From: an uncultured Candidatus Saccharibacteria bacterium
Lineage (GTDB): Bacteria; Patescibacteriota; Dojkabacteria; J137
Assembly (NCBI GenBank): GCA_965230975.1
Contig: OZ246402.1
Span: forward strand, 573,009-637,008
DNA: 64,000 nucleotides
Direction: 5' to 3'
Shown here: piece after piece, positions 28,008-37,173 of the stretch
How the letters are laid out: every line of letters begins with the position of its first letter
How positions within the stretch are numbered: the stretch's first letter is position 1
Translations under genes and position numbers: made by a program
Notes under the pieces: generated by a model
What the model was told of the DNA's origin: nothing
Database searches by the model: none
What the model saw: only the letters and a program-made list of their open reading frames with translations

Positions 28008-28679
28008 ATGTTTGACCTCCACTACATTCAACTAAGAACAATAGAAGAACTTTTATTCAAAAAAGAGGCTACTTTTACACAGTTAAATGCTTTAAATTTA
28101 ACTAACGATCACTTTACCTTTCATATAAAGCAATTAATAAAACGAGGTCTTATAGAAAAGGTGGATGATTTATACAAACTTACATCTTCGGGTTTAGAAT
28201 TAGCAGGGCGATTAAATACAAATAAAGGGACTATATATAATCAAGCCAAACTGAGCATATTAGTAGGTATATTTAGAGAAAACAATGGAACCTTAGAGGT
28301 CCTACTATCTAAAAGAAAACGAGACCAATCAATTGGAAAAATTGCTTGGCATACTACAAAAGTAGATATTGGAGAACTATTAAAAGATTCAGCTAATAGA
28401 TGTTTAAAAAACGAGACCGGATTAACTGGAAACCCTGAATTTGCAGGAGTAACTCATGTAATTAGAAAAGATGAGAACAATTATGAAATAGATGTGGTAT
28501 TAGTAGATTTTCTTGTATTAAACCCAACTGGAGAATTAATTACAGAAACTCCAGATCAAACTAACTTTTGGATTAGCTATGAAGACGCTTTAAAGTTAGA
28601 CAACACACTTGTTGGAATGAAAGAAAAGCTTGAAGCTTTCAAGAATAGACAAATCACTTTTAACGAATACATAAACTAA
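28008..28679 (+). CDS. putative transcriptional regulator: N-terminal winged-helix domain plus C-terminal degenerate NUDIX-like domain (NrtR-like architecture, inverted order)
   Basis: HTH-like FTQLNALNLTNDHFTFHIKQLIKRGLIEK; C-terminal RCLKNETGL resembles the Nudix RELxEETGL core. Confidence 0.35.
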   Translation: MFDLHYIQLRTIEELLFKKEATFTQLNALNLTNDHFTFHIKQLIKRGLIEKVDDLYKLTSSGLELAGRLNTNKGTIYNQAKLSILVGIFRENNGTLEVLLSKRKRDQSIGKIAWHTTKVDIGELLKDSANRCLKNETGLTGNPEFAGVTHVIRKDENNYEIDVVLVDFLVLNPTGELITETPDQTNFWISYEDALKLDNTLVGMKEKLEAFKNRQITFNEYIN

Positions 28680-29062
28680 GTTGCGTGAATAACATAAGTT
28701 ACAACACCCCAAATTTGATTCCCTTCCGCTAATTTTATTGGATGGTAGTTTGGGTTTTCTGGGCATAAAAACTCTCCATTTGCGCTTTTAACATACCTCT
28801 TTACCGTAAACTCATTATCTATAACACCAATAACAATATCCCTGTTTTTAGGCTCTTTAGATTTATCTACAATAAGAATATCATTAGGAAAAATCCCAGC
28901 TTTAATCATAGAATCTCCAGAAACCTTTACAAGAAAAGTAGCAGCCGGGTGGGGAATTAAATATTCGTTTAAATCTAAAGACTTATCTAAAAAGTCATCT
29001 GCAGGTGATGGAAATCCGGCTTTAATTGTTGTTAAAAATAACGGTAAAGTTACCATACACAC
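28676..29062 (-). CDS. umuD: UmuD-like S24 peptidase (LexA C-terminal domain family) without an N-terminal DNA-binding domain
   Basis: Catalytic Ser in VSGDSMIKAGI and Lys in IVDKSKEP..VKRY; 128 aa. Confidence 0.75.
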   Translation of the reverse strand: MCMVTLPLFLTTIKAGFPSPADDFLDKSLDLNEYLIPHPAATFLVKVSGDSMIKAGIFPNDILIVDKSKEPKNRDIVIGVIDNEFTVKRYVKSANGEFLCPENPNYHPIKLAEGNQIWGVVTYVIHAT

Positions 29063-29101
29063 ACAATAAGTTAGGGGATACCATTTTTCGCAAGAGTTTT
29101 G

Positions 29102-30313
29102 CTAATCTTTAATATACTTTCTACCTTTAAGTTCTTCTGGAAAGTGCTCTTGATCCACCTTAGCATCTTTAAAGTCGTGAGCATATTTGTAGCCTTTACC
29201 ATAACCAAGCTCTTTCATAAGCTTTGTAGGCGCGTTTCTGATGTGTAATGGAACAGGTAAAGAACCATGTTTATAAACATCTTCTTTTGCGTGGCTAGAA
29301 GCCATATAAGCAGAGTTATCTTTAGGTGCTTTTGCCAAGTAAATTGCCAACTGACACAATGCAACATCGCATTCCGGCCTGCCAAGTTTTTGGCATGTTT
29401 CAAAAATAGTGTTAGCCAAAATAACAGCTTGTGGGTCTGCATTACCAATATCTTCAGATGCAAATCTAAGTAATCGTCTTGCAATGTAAAGAGGATCATC
29501 ACCTGCTTCTAGCATTCTAGTAATCCAATACACAGAGGCATTTGGGTCTGAATCTCTCATGGATTTATGCACAGCAGAAATTATATTGTAATGGTCTTCA
29601 CCTTTTCTTTCGTATTGTAAAAAGTTTTCTACCGTCTTTTTTAAAATATCTTCTGTAATCTTATTATCAACAGAAGCCATCAAAGCGCTTTCTAAAATGT
29701 TAGAAGCACTTCTTAAATCTCCATCACTAGCTTTTGCTATAAATTCTAAAACCTTTTTGCCGGCTTTTACTTCTAACCCTTCTTCTTTAACTTTACTTAT
29801 AAGCTTCTCTAGATAGTCTTGTACCTCTGTAACCGAATGCTTGTTTAGGGTGAATACCCTGCACCTAGAAAGTAAAGCTGGTATTAAACTAAAAGATGGA
29901 TTTTCTGTAGTGGCACCAATTAATGTAATAATTCCTTTTTCTACATAAGGGAGCAGAGCGTCTTGTTGAGATTTATTCCACCTGTGGATTTCGTCTAAAA
30001 ATAATATTGTCCTACTAGGAATTAATTCCATGTTACCGTTCTTTTGGTGAGCCATTGCCTTAACAATAATCTCTTTTAGCTTGTCTTTACCACTCATTAC
30101 TGCAGATAGTTTGTGAAAGTCTGCATGTATTTCTTTAGAGATTATGTAGGCTAGAGTAGTTTTGCCTGTCCCGGGTGGACCCCAAAATATTAAAGAGGGT
30201 AAGTTTTTTGTTTCTATAAATCTTCGAATAGGCATTCCTGGCCCGACTAAATGTTTTTGACCAATGTAGTCATCCAGTTTTGAAGGTCTATATTTTGATG
30301 CAATTGGTTCCAT
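29102..30313 (-). CDS. rarA: replication-associated recombination protein A (RarA/MgsA AAA+ ATPase)
   Basis: YRPSKLDDYIGQKHLVGPG...WGPPGTGKTTLA, Walker B LFLDEIHRWNKSQQDALLP, C-terminal MgsA helical domain. Confidence 0.9.
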   Translation of the reverse strand: MEPIASKYRPSKLDDYIGQKHLVGPGMPIRRFIETKNLPSLIFWGPPGTGKTTLAYIISKEIHADFHKLSAVMSGKDKLKEIIVKAMAHQKNGNMELIPSRTILFLDEIHRWNKSQQDALLPYVEKGIITLIGATTENPSFSLIPALLSRCRVFTLNKHSVTEVQDYLEKLISKVKEEGLEVKAGKKVLEFIAKASDGDLRSASNILESALMASVDNKITEDILKKTVENFLQYERKGEDHYNIISAVHKSMRDSDPNASVYWITRMLEAGDDPLYIARRLLRFASEDIGNADPQAVILANTIFETCQKLGRPECDVALCQLAIYLAKAPKDNSAYMASSHAKEDVYKHGSLPVPLHIRNAPTKLMKELGYGKGYKYAHDFKDAKVDQEHFPEELKGRKYIKD

Positions 30314-30368
30314 GAGTTATTAATTCAAAAGTATACTAAGTATAGCTCTAGTATACCGATTGATGATA

Positions 30369-31181
30369 TTAATTTAAGAAGTCTTTAATTGTAAATTGGT
30401 TAGGTTTTGTTTTTTCTAAATCTTCCCACTCAATTGGCAATGAAATAGGCGCACCTTCTCTTGCCCTTGTAGAATAGGCTGCAACGGTTGTTGCTCCTCT
30501 GGAATTTCTTAAATAGTCTATAAATATCTTACCCTTGCGTTGGTCTTTAGTCACAACTGTGGTGTATAAATCGTTTTGTAATGCTAGTTTGTCGGCTATT
30601 TCTTTTGCATAGGCATGAACATAGTCCCAATTCTTTTTTTCTCTCATTGGTGCGATTATATGAAACCCTTTTCCACCTGATGTTTTTAAAGTTGGCTTAA
30701 AACCTCTAGATTCTAACTCTGCTTTTATATCTCGGGCACACTTGTAAACATGTTTAAAATCTAAATCTTCGTCTGGGTCTAAATCAAAAATCATTCTATC
30801 TGGATGTTCATAGTCAGAAAGCCGGCTATTTGTTGTATGAAATTCTAATACGCCAAGATTTAATAGGTAAAGAATGTCATCAATTTGATCTATTTCAATA
30901 TAATAATCAGTATGTCCATCCTTCTCTTTTATTTTTACGCGTTCTATATACTCAGGAAACGATTCTGATGGGTGTTTTTGAACAAATTGAATATCTCCAC
31001 CTAGGCCGTGAGGGCTTCTTATTAATGTTATTGGTCTGTCTTTAAGCTCTTTTAATATTAGTTTTTCTACCTTTAAATAGTAATTTACGAGTTCTAGCTT
31101 GGTTATTTTAGATTTAGGGAAAAGTATTTTACTTGGATGTGTTATTTTTATACTTCTGATTGTTATAAAATCATTGTCCAT
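30369..31181 (-). CDS. stand-alone LigD polymerase / primase-polymerase domain (NHEJ PolDom, AEP family)
   Basis: KTSGGKGFHI and IDYLRNSRGATTVAAYSTRAR motifs characteristic of LigD PolDom; 270 aa; no ligase or nuclease domain fused. Confidence 0.8.
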   Translation of the reverse strand: MDNDFITIRSIKITHPSKILFPKSKITKLELVNYYLKVEKLILKELKDRPITLIRSPHGLGGDIQFVQKHPSESFPEYIERVKIKEKDGHTDYYIEIDQIDDILYLLNLGVLEFHTTNSRLSDYEHPDRMIFDLDPDEDLDFKHVYKCARDIKAELESRGFKPTLKTSGGKGFHIIAPMREKKNWDYVHAYAKEIADKLALQNDLYTTVVTKDQRKGKIFIDYLRNSRGATTVAAYSTRAREGAPISLPIEWEDLEKTKPNQFTIKDFLN

Positions 31182-31268
31182 AAACTTAGTATATATTATT
31201 GTTTTTGTTTATAAAAGTTAGTTTTACATTTGGTTGGTAGGGTATCTCTTCAAAATTTAAAAAAAATT

Positions 31269-31291
31269 TAGTTCGTATTACGAACGAACTA
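31269..31291. promoter_or_regulatory. Palindromic candidate operator TAGTTCG-TATTACGAA-CGAACTA (nested GTTCG-N5-CGAAC) about 90 nt upstream of the ligD-pol / rarA / umuD operon
   Basis: Perfect 7-bp arms; sits in the divergent promoter region between ligD-pol (minus) and a GATase gene (plus). Confidence 0.45.
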
Positions 31292-31346
31292 TTTAAAAAT
31301 GGCTTTGAAAACGATATAGTTATATATTAGAAGTTAATTTCCTGTA

Positions 31347-31916
31347 ATGAAAATATTAATTGTTGATAATTTAACCTATAACTCTGAGTATTTAAAATCT
31401 CTTTTAAAAGATCATCAGGTAGATGTACAAATTTACAAGCAATTACAACTAGCAAGCTTGAATGAGTATGATTTATATATCCTAACTGGAACACATCATA
31501 ATTATATGGGAACAGTGATAGAAGAATGGGACAATTTATTATCAGAAAGAGAGTTGATAATGGATTCAAACAAACCTATTATTGGAATTTGCTACGGTTA
31601 TGAACTTATAGCAACTGTTTTTGGTTCAGAAATAGATTTTTACGAGCAAAGAGTACGGGGAGATTATAAAATTAAATTTATTAAAGATATTGGCTTAGAT
31701 ATCAATAAAGAATATACAGTTTATGGTAACCACTTATTGTATATTTCCAAAGTCGGACAAGATTTAGAAACTATAGCTTCATCTGAGCATGGCCCAGAGA
31801 TAATTAAGCATAAAACAAAGCCAATTTACGGACTACAATTTCACCCAGAAAAAGAAGCTGAAACAACAGATGGAGATGAGATCCTGTTAAAAATTTTGGA
31901 AAGCTTTACTGCCTAA
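31347..31916 (+). CDS. class I glutamine amidotransferase-like protein
   Basis: GICYGYE (nucleophile elbow) and GLQFHPE (His/Glu region) GATase1 motifs; 189 aa. Confidence 0.6.
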   Translation: MKILIVDNLTYNSEYLKSLLKDHQVDVQIYKQLQLASLNEYDLYILTGTHHNYMGTVIEEWDNLLSERELIMDSNKPIIGICYGYELIATVFGSEIDFYEQRVRGDYKIKFIKDIGLDINKEYTVYGNHLLYISKVGQDLETIASSEHGPEIIKHKTKPIYGLQFHPEKEAETTDGDEILLKILESFTA

Positions 31917-33117
31917 AAATCACTTCTTCTCTTGTAAACATCTTTACACAAACATAAAGCACCACAAAGAAAAGAATAGTAGTAGTAAGTAAAGAAAGCA
32001 AAAAATTTGTAGCAATAAATTGCCCAAGCAAAATCTGCTTTAACATAGCAACCTGCCCAACAAGAGGAATAGCAAAAATAAATGCAGAGGTATTTGCATC
32101 AAAAGCCTGCCCACTTAAACCAACAAAAATAGAACCCATAATTAATGGCAAAGTATATAACCCACCCTCTTTCGCATTTCTTGCATAAATACCAAGTAAA
32201 ACCAACAATGCTGCAATTAAGCAAGATAAAGGTAATAACACAATAAATATTTGACCTAAAATCTCTGGAGTAATATGTATGGAACCCAAATCTGGGGTAT
32301 TAACATTCCCACCGGTAGTTGCCCCACCAAACAATGCCCCTGGCAAAATACCAAAAGCAATAACCATAGAACTTACATTCAAAACCAAAGAGAGAAGAGA
32401 AAATACTAAAATTGCACCAATCTTTGACAGTCCTATAGTAATTCGAGAAGCATTCAAACTTAAAGTTGTAGCCAACGTATTCTTTTCTTTTTCACCTGCA
32501 GTTAACTCTATAGCAAACTGAGCTGCACCTTGAATTAACCCTAATATAATAATGTAAGGCAATAAAAACAAAATAAACGAACTTTGAGCTGGTTTATTTT
32601 GAACCTCTTGCAAAGTAACAGCACCAAAATTAACCGGATTTAATTGAAGTTCATCTATGGCTAAATTTGCCAAAAGCTTTGACCTTTCTATAGCAGAAAA
32701 CTGTTGGACCAAAGCTTGAACTTTTGCCAAAGAAGCAGATGAAATATTTGATGTTTGGTCAAAAACGTATCTTGAATTAGTTATTGTCTTTTCAACTGAA
32801 ATTTCAAGGTAACCTGAAATCTTTTTGTTTTCTAAATCCTGCTCGTAATTATCAGAATTCACTACTTTAACTATGCCAGAATCTTTAATGTAATTTGCTA
32901 AATCTTGATTTGCATTTGCATCTTTAATGGCAATCACTACCTCTTCTTTTTCTAGTTGTTGTCTTTGAAAATTATCTAATGCACCAACACCAAGAATTAA
33001 CATTGGTGTCAAAAACAAAGATAGTGCAATAAAAGAAACAAAAGATTTTCTATCTCTAGTAATTGTTAAAATCTCTTTTTTAAAAAGTATCCAAAAATGT
33101 CTAGTGTTCATAATCAC
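31906..33117 (-). CDS. ABC-2 family transporter permease
   Basis: 403 aa: N-terminal TM, large loop, and a C-terminal cluster of five or more hydrophobic helices; overlaps the ATPase gene by 4 nt. Confidence 0.7.
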   Translation of the reverse strand: MIMNTRHFWILFKKEILTITRDRKSFVSFIALSLFLTPMLILGVGALDNFQRQQLEKEEVVIAIKDANANQDLANYIKDSGIVKVVNSDNYEQDLENKKISGYLEISVEKTITNSRYVFDQTSNISSASLAKVQALVQQFSAIERSKLLANLAIDELQLNPVNFGAVTLQEVQNKPAQSSFILFLLPYIIILGLIQGAAQFAIELTAGEKEKNTLATTLSLNASRITIGLSKIGAILVFSLLSLVLNVSSMVIAFGILPGALFGGATTGGNVNTPDLGSIHITPEILGQIFIVLLPLSCLIAALLVLLGIYARNAKEGGLYTLPLIMGSIFVGLSGQAFDANTSAFIFAIPLVGQVAMLKQILLGQFIATNFLLSLLTTTILFFVVLYVCVKMFTREEVIFRQ

Positions 33118-33896
33118 AATTTATCACTAACTAAATCAAAAAATATTTGTTCAATGCTATCTTTCTTAAATTGCTTTTTAAGCTCTTTTACTTCACCTTT
33201 GGCCAAAATTTCACCTTTATGAATTATCGCAACATCGTCACAAAGTTCTTCGGCATCTGGCATTATGTGCGTACTGTAAAGAATAATTCTACCCTCATCT
33301 TTAAGTTTTAAAATTTGATCTTTAACTGCTCTTGAGGCAAAAATATCTAAACCATTAGTTACTTCATCAAAAATAATAACTTCTGGGTTTGTTACTAAGG
33401 CTCTGGCAATTGAAGTTTTTTGCTTCATACCTGTAGAAAAGTTAATACAAATGTCGTTTAAAAATTCTTCCATTCCAAGTTTTTGTGATATTTCAATAAT
33501 TCTCTTTTCTAAGTCTTCACTTTTGATTCCAGAAAACTCTCCAAACATTTTCATAATTTCGTAAGGGGTTAGTCTATCAAAAACTTGAGTCTCTCCAGAA
33601 ACAAAGCCCAGTTTCATTTTTAAATTGTAAATTTTTTTGTATTGTTGCCCATCTAATGTTATATCTCCAGAATGTGGGTAAGTTAGATTGGCGATTATTC
33701 GCATAGTAGTTGTTTTACCCGCACCATTGGCACCAATAAGCCCAAATATTCTGCCAGGTTTTGCTTCAAAAGAAACCCCTTTAATACCCACCTTAGACTT
33801 TTGTTTGGTTTTTTTATCTGTTCTGGTGAATAGTTTTGTTATGTTTTCTACTTTAAGCATAAAGCTTAGTATACTCCCAACTATTTTTATATTCAA
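33114..33896 (-). CDS. ABC transporter ATP-binding protein
   Basis: Walker A GANGAGKTT, signature FSTGMKQK, Walker B IIFDEVTNGLD. Confidence 0.85.
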   Translation of the reverse strand: MNIKIVGSILSFMLKVENITKLFTRTDKKTKQKSKVGIKGVSFEAKPGRIFGLIGANGAGKTTTMRIIANLTYPHSGDITLDGQQYKKIYNLKMKLGFVSGETQVFDRLTPYEIMKMFGEFSGIKSEDLEKRIIEISQKLGMEEFLNDICINFSTGMKQKTSIARALVTNPEVIIFDEVTNGLDIFASRAVKDQILKLKDEGRIILYSTHIMPDAEELCDDVAIIHKGEILAKGEVKELKKQFKKDSIEQIFFDLVSDKL

Positions 33897-33998
33897 GCAA
33901 TTGTCTTAACATACTATGATATCGAGGTTTTGGCATTTTATTGTGTTCTAAATTTTTTTTAATTAATATATAATTTGTAATATCTATTAAAAAACTGC

Positions 33999-34436
33999 AT
34001 GGATAATTCAGAACAAAATATTTCTAAAAAAAAGAGATTAATGCAAAAAGCATCAAAGATGAAGGAAAAAGTACCAACAAAACAGGTTGGGGACTTTTGG
34101 TCTGATTTTAGAGATTTCGCTTTTAAGGGCAATATTATTGAATTAGCTGTTGGAGTTGTAATTGGTACAGCATTTAATAATTTGGTTCAGTCTTTAGTTA
34201 CAAATATAATTATGCCTCCAATAGGTAAGCTTTTGGGTAATACATCTTTTACTAATCTTTTTATAGATTTATCTGGGAGTAACTATGAAACTTTGTTGCA
34301 GGCAACTACTGCTGGGGCACCAGTTATAAAATATGGTTTGTTTATTAGCAATATGATAGATTTTTTAATAATGGCACTAACTATTTTTATTGTTATAAGA
34401 TTTGTTTTAAGAGTTAAAAAGGAGGAAAAATCTTAA
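33999..34436 (+). CDS. mscL: large-conductance mechanosensitive channel MscL
   Basis: FRDFAFKGNIIELAVGVVIGTAFNNLVQSLVTNIIMPPIG matches the MscL TM1 / periplasmic loop signature. Confidence 0.85.
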   Translation: MDNSEQNISKKKRLMQKASKMKEKVPTKQVGDFWSDFRDFAFKGNIIELAVGVVIGTAFNNLVQSLVTNIIMPPIGKLLGNTSFTNLFIDLSGSNYETLLQATTAGAPVIKYGLFISNMIDFLIMALTIFIVIRFVLRVKKEEKS

Positions 34437-35173
34437 TGTATAATTTAATAAAACTTCTTTATAAAAATTTTAAATACAATTTCGACTATTTGAAAGACTT
34501 TTCATATTTTCTTTTAAAATCTTTTAATTTAAAAAAAGATAAAAAATATGGTTTTGATAAAGATCTTTTCACTGTAGATCAGCTAGGTAATCCCAATCCC
34601 GTAAAGGTCACAGAGTACTATGGCTTTATAAACGACCCTGCCGCGGCAAAACGTTTTGGGACTTCGGATCTTGAAGAGTATAGTTTTTGGAGTTGGAGAT
34701 CTTGTGGCGTTGCAAATGTGGTATCAATTTTAAAAACTTTTAATAAGTATGATGGTACTTTATTTGATTTGGTTAGCGAGCTAAAAACCAAAGAGGGTTA
34801 TTTGTTTCAAGATCATTATGGCAATAAAGATTTGGGCTGGAAGCATTTTACTCTTATTAATACTTTAGAAAGTTATGGTTTTAAATCAAAATTACTTAAA
34901 AGAGTAACTCCATACAGAGTTTTACTTGAAATATTAGGTGGAAAAGTAGTAATTGCATCGGTTAAAAGTAATTTAAGATTCGAAGGAAGCCATATGATAA
35001 TTGTTAAAGGCTTTTCCAAAACAAAAAAAGGACTTGTTTTAAACATATTCAGCTCTTACAATTTAGATGGATTAGGAGGAAATACTACAATGCCATTTAA
35101 AGAGTTTAGGAGAGATTTTTTAAGGAAAGGTATAAGCGTTGATTTCAATAGTATACCAACCAATACTATATAG
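34436..35173 (+). CDS. papain-like (C39-like) cysteine peptidase domain protein
   Basis: WRSCGVANVVSIL (Cys in a C-G-x-A context) and downstream GSHMIIVKGF (His), as in C39-type Cys-His dyad peptidases. Confidence 0.4.
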   Translation: MYNLIKLLYKNFKYNFDYLKDFSYFLLKSFNLKKDKKYGFDKDLFTVDQLGNPNPVKVTEYYGFINDPAAAKRFGTSDLEEYSFWSWRSCGVANVVSILKTFNKYDGTLFDLVSELKTKEGYLFQDHYGNKDLGWKHFTLINTLESYGFKSKLLKRVTPYRVLLEILGGKVVIASVKSNLRFEGSHMIIVKGFSKTKKGLVLNIFSSYNLDGLGGNTTMPFKEFRRDFLRKGISVDFNSIPTNTI

Positions 35174-35831
35174 TATGAATATAGTTGTACTACATGGTTG
35201 GGGTCAAAATTCAGAATATTGGCAAGAAATATCTTCAAAATTTGATAACTCACTTACATTAGATTTACCCGGATTTGGGAATACACCATTAATAGATTCA
35301 AACTGGGGTATTGCAAATTACGCATCATGGGTAGTTAACCAAATAGAGTCTAAGGGTTTAAAAAATGTAGTACTTGTAGGACACTCTTTTGGTGGTAGGA
35401 TTGCAAGTTACGTAGCTAGTCAAAACCCGGAGTGGTTAAATTTGCTAGTGCTTTATGGCGCACCTTGCATTTACAGACCATCTTTAAGTTTAAAGATGAA
35501 AACAAGGCTTTTTAAAATTTTAAAAAACCTAGGAATAAAAAAGAAGCCAAAAAATTCTGAATTAAATATCGCAGATTCAAACGGTATGGGAAAAATTTTT
35601 AGAAAAGCAGTTGTTTTTGATCAAACAGAAATCTTACCTAAGATAAAAGTCCCTACTTTGTTAATTTGGGGTGAAAAAGATTTTGATGTCCCACTTTCTA
35701 TAGCAAAGGAAATGCATACCCTTATTCCAAAAAGCCAACTTGTAGTATTAAATAACCTTGGACATAATGCACATTTAGAAAACCCAAATCTTTTTTATGG
35801 AACAATTAAAAACTTTATACAGAATAATTAA
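35139..35831 (+). CDS. alpha/beta hydrolase
   Basis: Nucleophile elbow GHSFGG; C-terminal GHNAHLE (His of the triad). Confidence 0.7.
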   Translation: MISIVYQPILYSMNIVVLHGWGQNSEYWQEISSKFDNSLTLDLPGFGNTPLIDSNWGIANYASWVVNQIESKGLKNVVLVGHSFGGRIASYVASQNPEWLNLLVLYGAPCIYRPSLSLKMKTRLFKILKNLGIKKKPKNSELNIADSNGMGKIFRKAVVFDQTEILPKIKVPTLLIWGEKDFDVPLSIAKEMHTLIPKSQLVVLNNLGHNAHLENPNLFYGTIKNFIQNN

Positions 35832-37173
35832 TTTAGTACTTCCACTTTCAGACTTTTTCTATATTCTTCAAATAGAGGAGTATTCAAGCAAAAGATTTAT
35901 TAAGTGGTTGCCCTTATACTTTTTTAAAAGAGATTTTCAAAAAAGAGATAGCTTGAAGTTTACCAAGCGAGTAAAAATAAGTATATTCTTCACTTTGATT
36001 ATTTGGATTACCTCCCTTTTGGTTATTGTTAGTTTACTAAACGAAGTATTTATTCAAATTTTAATTCTTTTATTATGGAGCTTATTAACACCCATTTTTG
36101 TGCTAATAGGTAATACTTTAGTATCGCCCTATTTTGAGTATAGGAAGAGTGCTATTAGGGCTCTATCAGTTGAAAAAATAAATTCTAATCCAAATCTGAA
36201 GATAATATTAATTGCAGGAAGTTATGGTAAAACAACAACCAAAAATTTTATATATCAATTGGTTCAGTATAGCTACAAAACACAAATGATACCTGGCAAT
36301 ATTAATACTCCTGCAGGGATTGCTAATTGGGTAAATAACAGCTTGCAGACTTCTACACAATTGCTTATTGCAGAAGTAGATGCCTATGAAGTTGGCGAAA
36401 TAGCTAAAAGTTGTAGTATTTTAAAAGCAGATATTTCAGTTTTAACAAATATTGGTGATCAACATTTAGAGAGGTTTGGAAACGTTGGGAATCTTGCAAT
36501 GGCGTTATCCGAGGTTTTTGCCTTCTCTAAACCAAATGCAAATCTAATAACAACTTCTGATGTTCTAAATACACTAACTAATAAAGAGTTTGGTTTAAGG
36601 GAGTTAACAATTATTAAACCACATGCAGTTTTAAAATATAATAGTGAAGCCCTAGATGTATCTCATTTATCTCAAACTAACCGTACTAATTTGAACTTTG
36701 CACTTTGTGTTGCTAGCATTCTAAATGTTCCTTCAAGGTTCGTTGTTGATTCGGTTGCAAAATTAGAGTTACCAGACAGAAGGCAAAAGCCGAGCACTAT
36801 TTTTGGTTATCAGGCTATAGATGATTCATATAATATAAGTTATTCAACTGCACTAGCAGGTATTAATTTTGCAAAAGAAGAGTCGAAAAAAGCTAATAAA
36901 AAACTATTGGTTATAACAGCAGGGATTCCAGAACTTTCAAATGATAATAAAGATAAGAATCAATTACTTGGAAGTTTTTTAGAAAAAAATGCTGACTATA
37001 CTGTTGTTTTAAAAAGCATCTTATATAAAGATATCTTGAGCGGGTTTACCAATAATGAAAAATATATTCTAGTTAAAGATTTAAAAACTTTTATTAAAGA
37101 TATAAATCCAAATTTTACTAAAGATGAGTGGTTTCTATTGTTACAGCCAGAGTTAAATGACTTGTATTATTAA
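35797..37173 (+). CDS. Mur ligase family protein, MurF-like central and C-terminal domains with an atypical hydrophobic (TM-like) N-terminal 120 aa
   Basis: P-loop IAGSYGKTTTKNFI, GNINTPAGIANWV (Mur N-x-N-x-x-G-x-P-like), LTNIGDQHLERFGN (Mur ligase DxH/E region). Confidence 0.55.
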   Translation: MEQLKTLYRIINLVLPLSDFFYILQIEEYSSKRFIKWLPLYFFKRDFQKRDSLKFTKRVKISIFFTLIIWITSLLVIVSLLNEVFIQILILLLWSLLTPIFVLIGNTLVSPYFEYRKSAIRALSVEKINSNPNLKIILIAGSYGKTTTKNFIYQLVQYSYKTQMIPGNINTPAGIANWVNNSLQTSTQLLIAEVDAYEVGEIAKSCSILKADISVLTNIGDQHLERFGNVGNLAMALSEVFAFSKPNANLITTSDVLNTLTNKEFGLRELTIIKPHAVLKYNSEALDVSHLSQTNRTNLNFALCVASILNVPSRFVVDSVAKLELPDRRQKPSTIFGYQAIDDSYNISYSTALAGINFAKEESKKANKKLLVITAGIPELSNDNKDKNQLLGSFLEKNADYTVVLKSILYKDILSGFTNNEKYILVKDLKTFIKDINPNFTKDEWFLLLQPELNDLYY

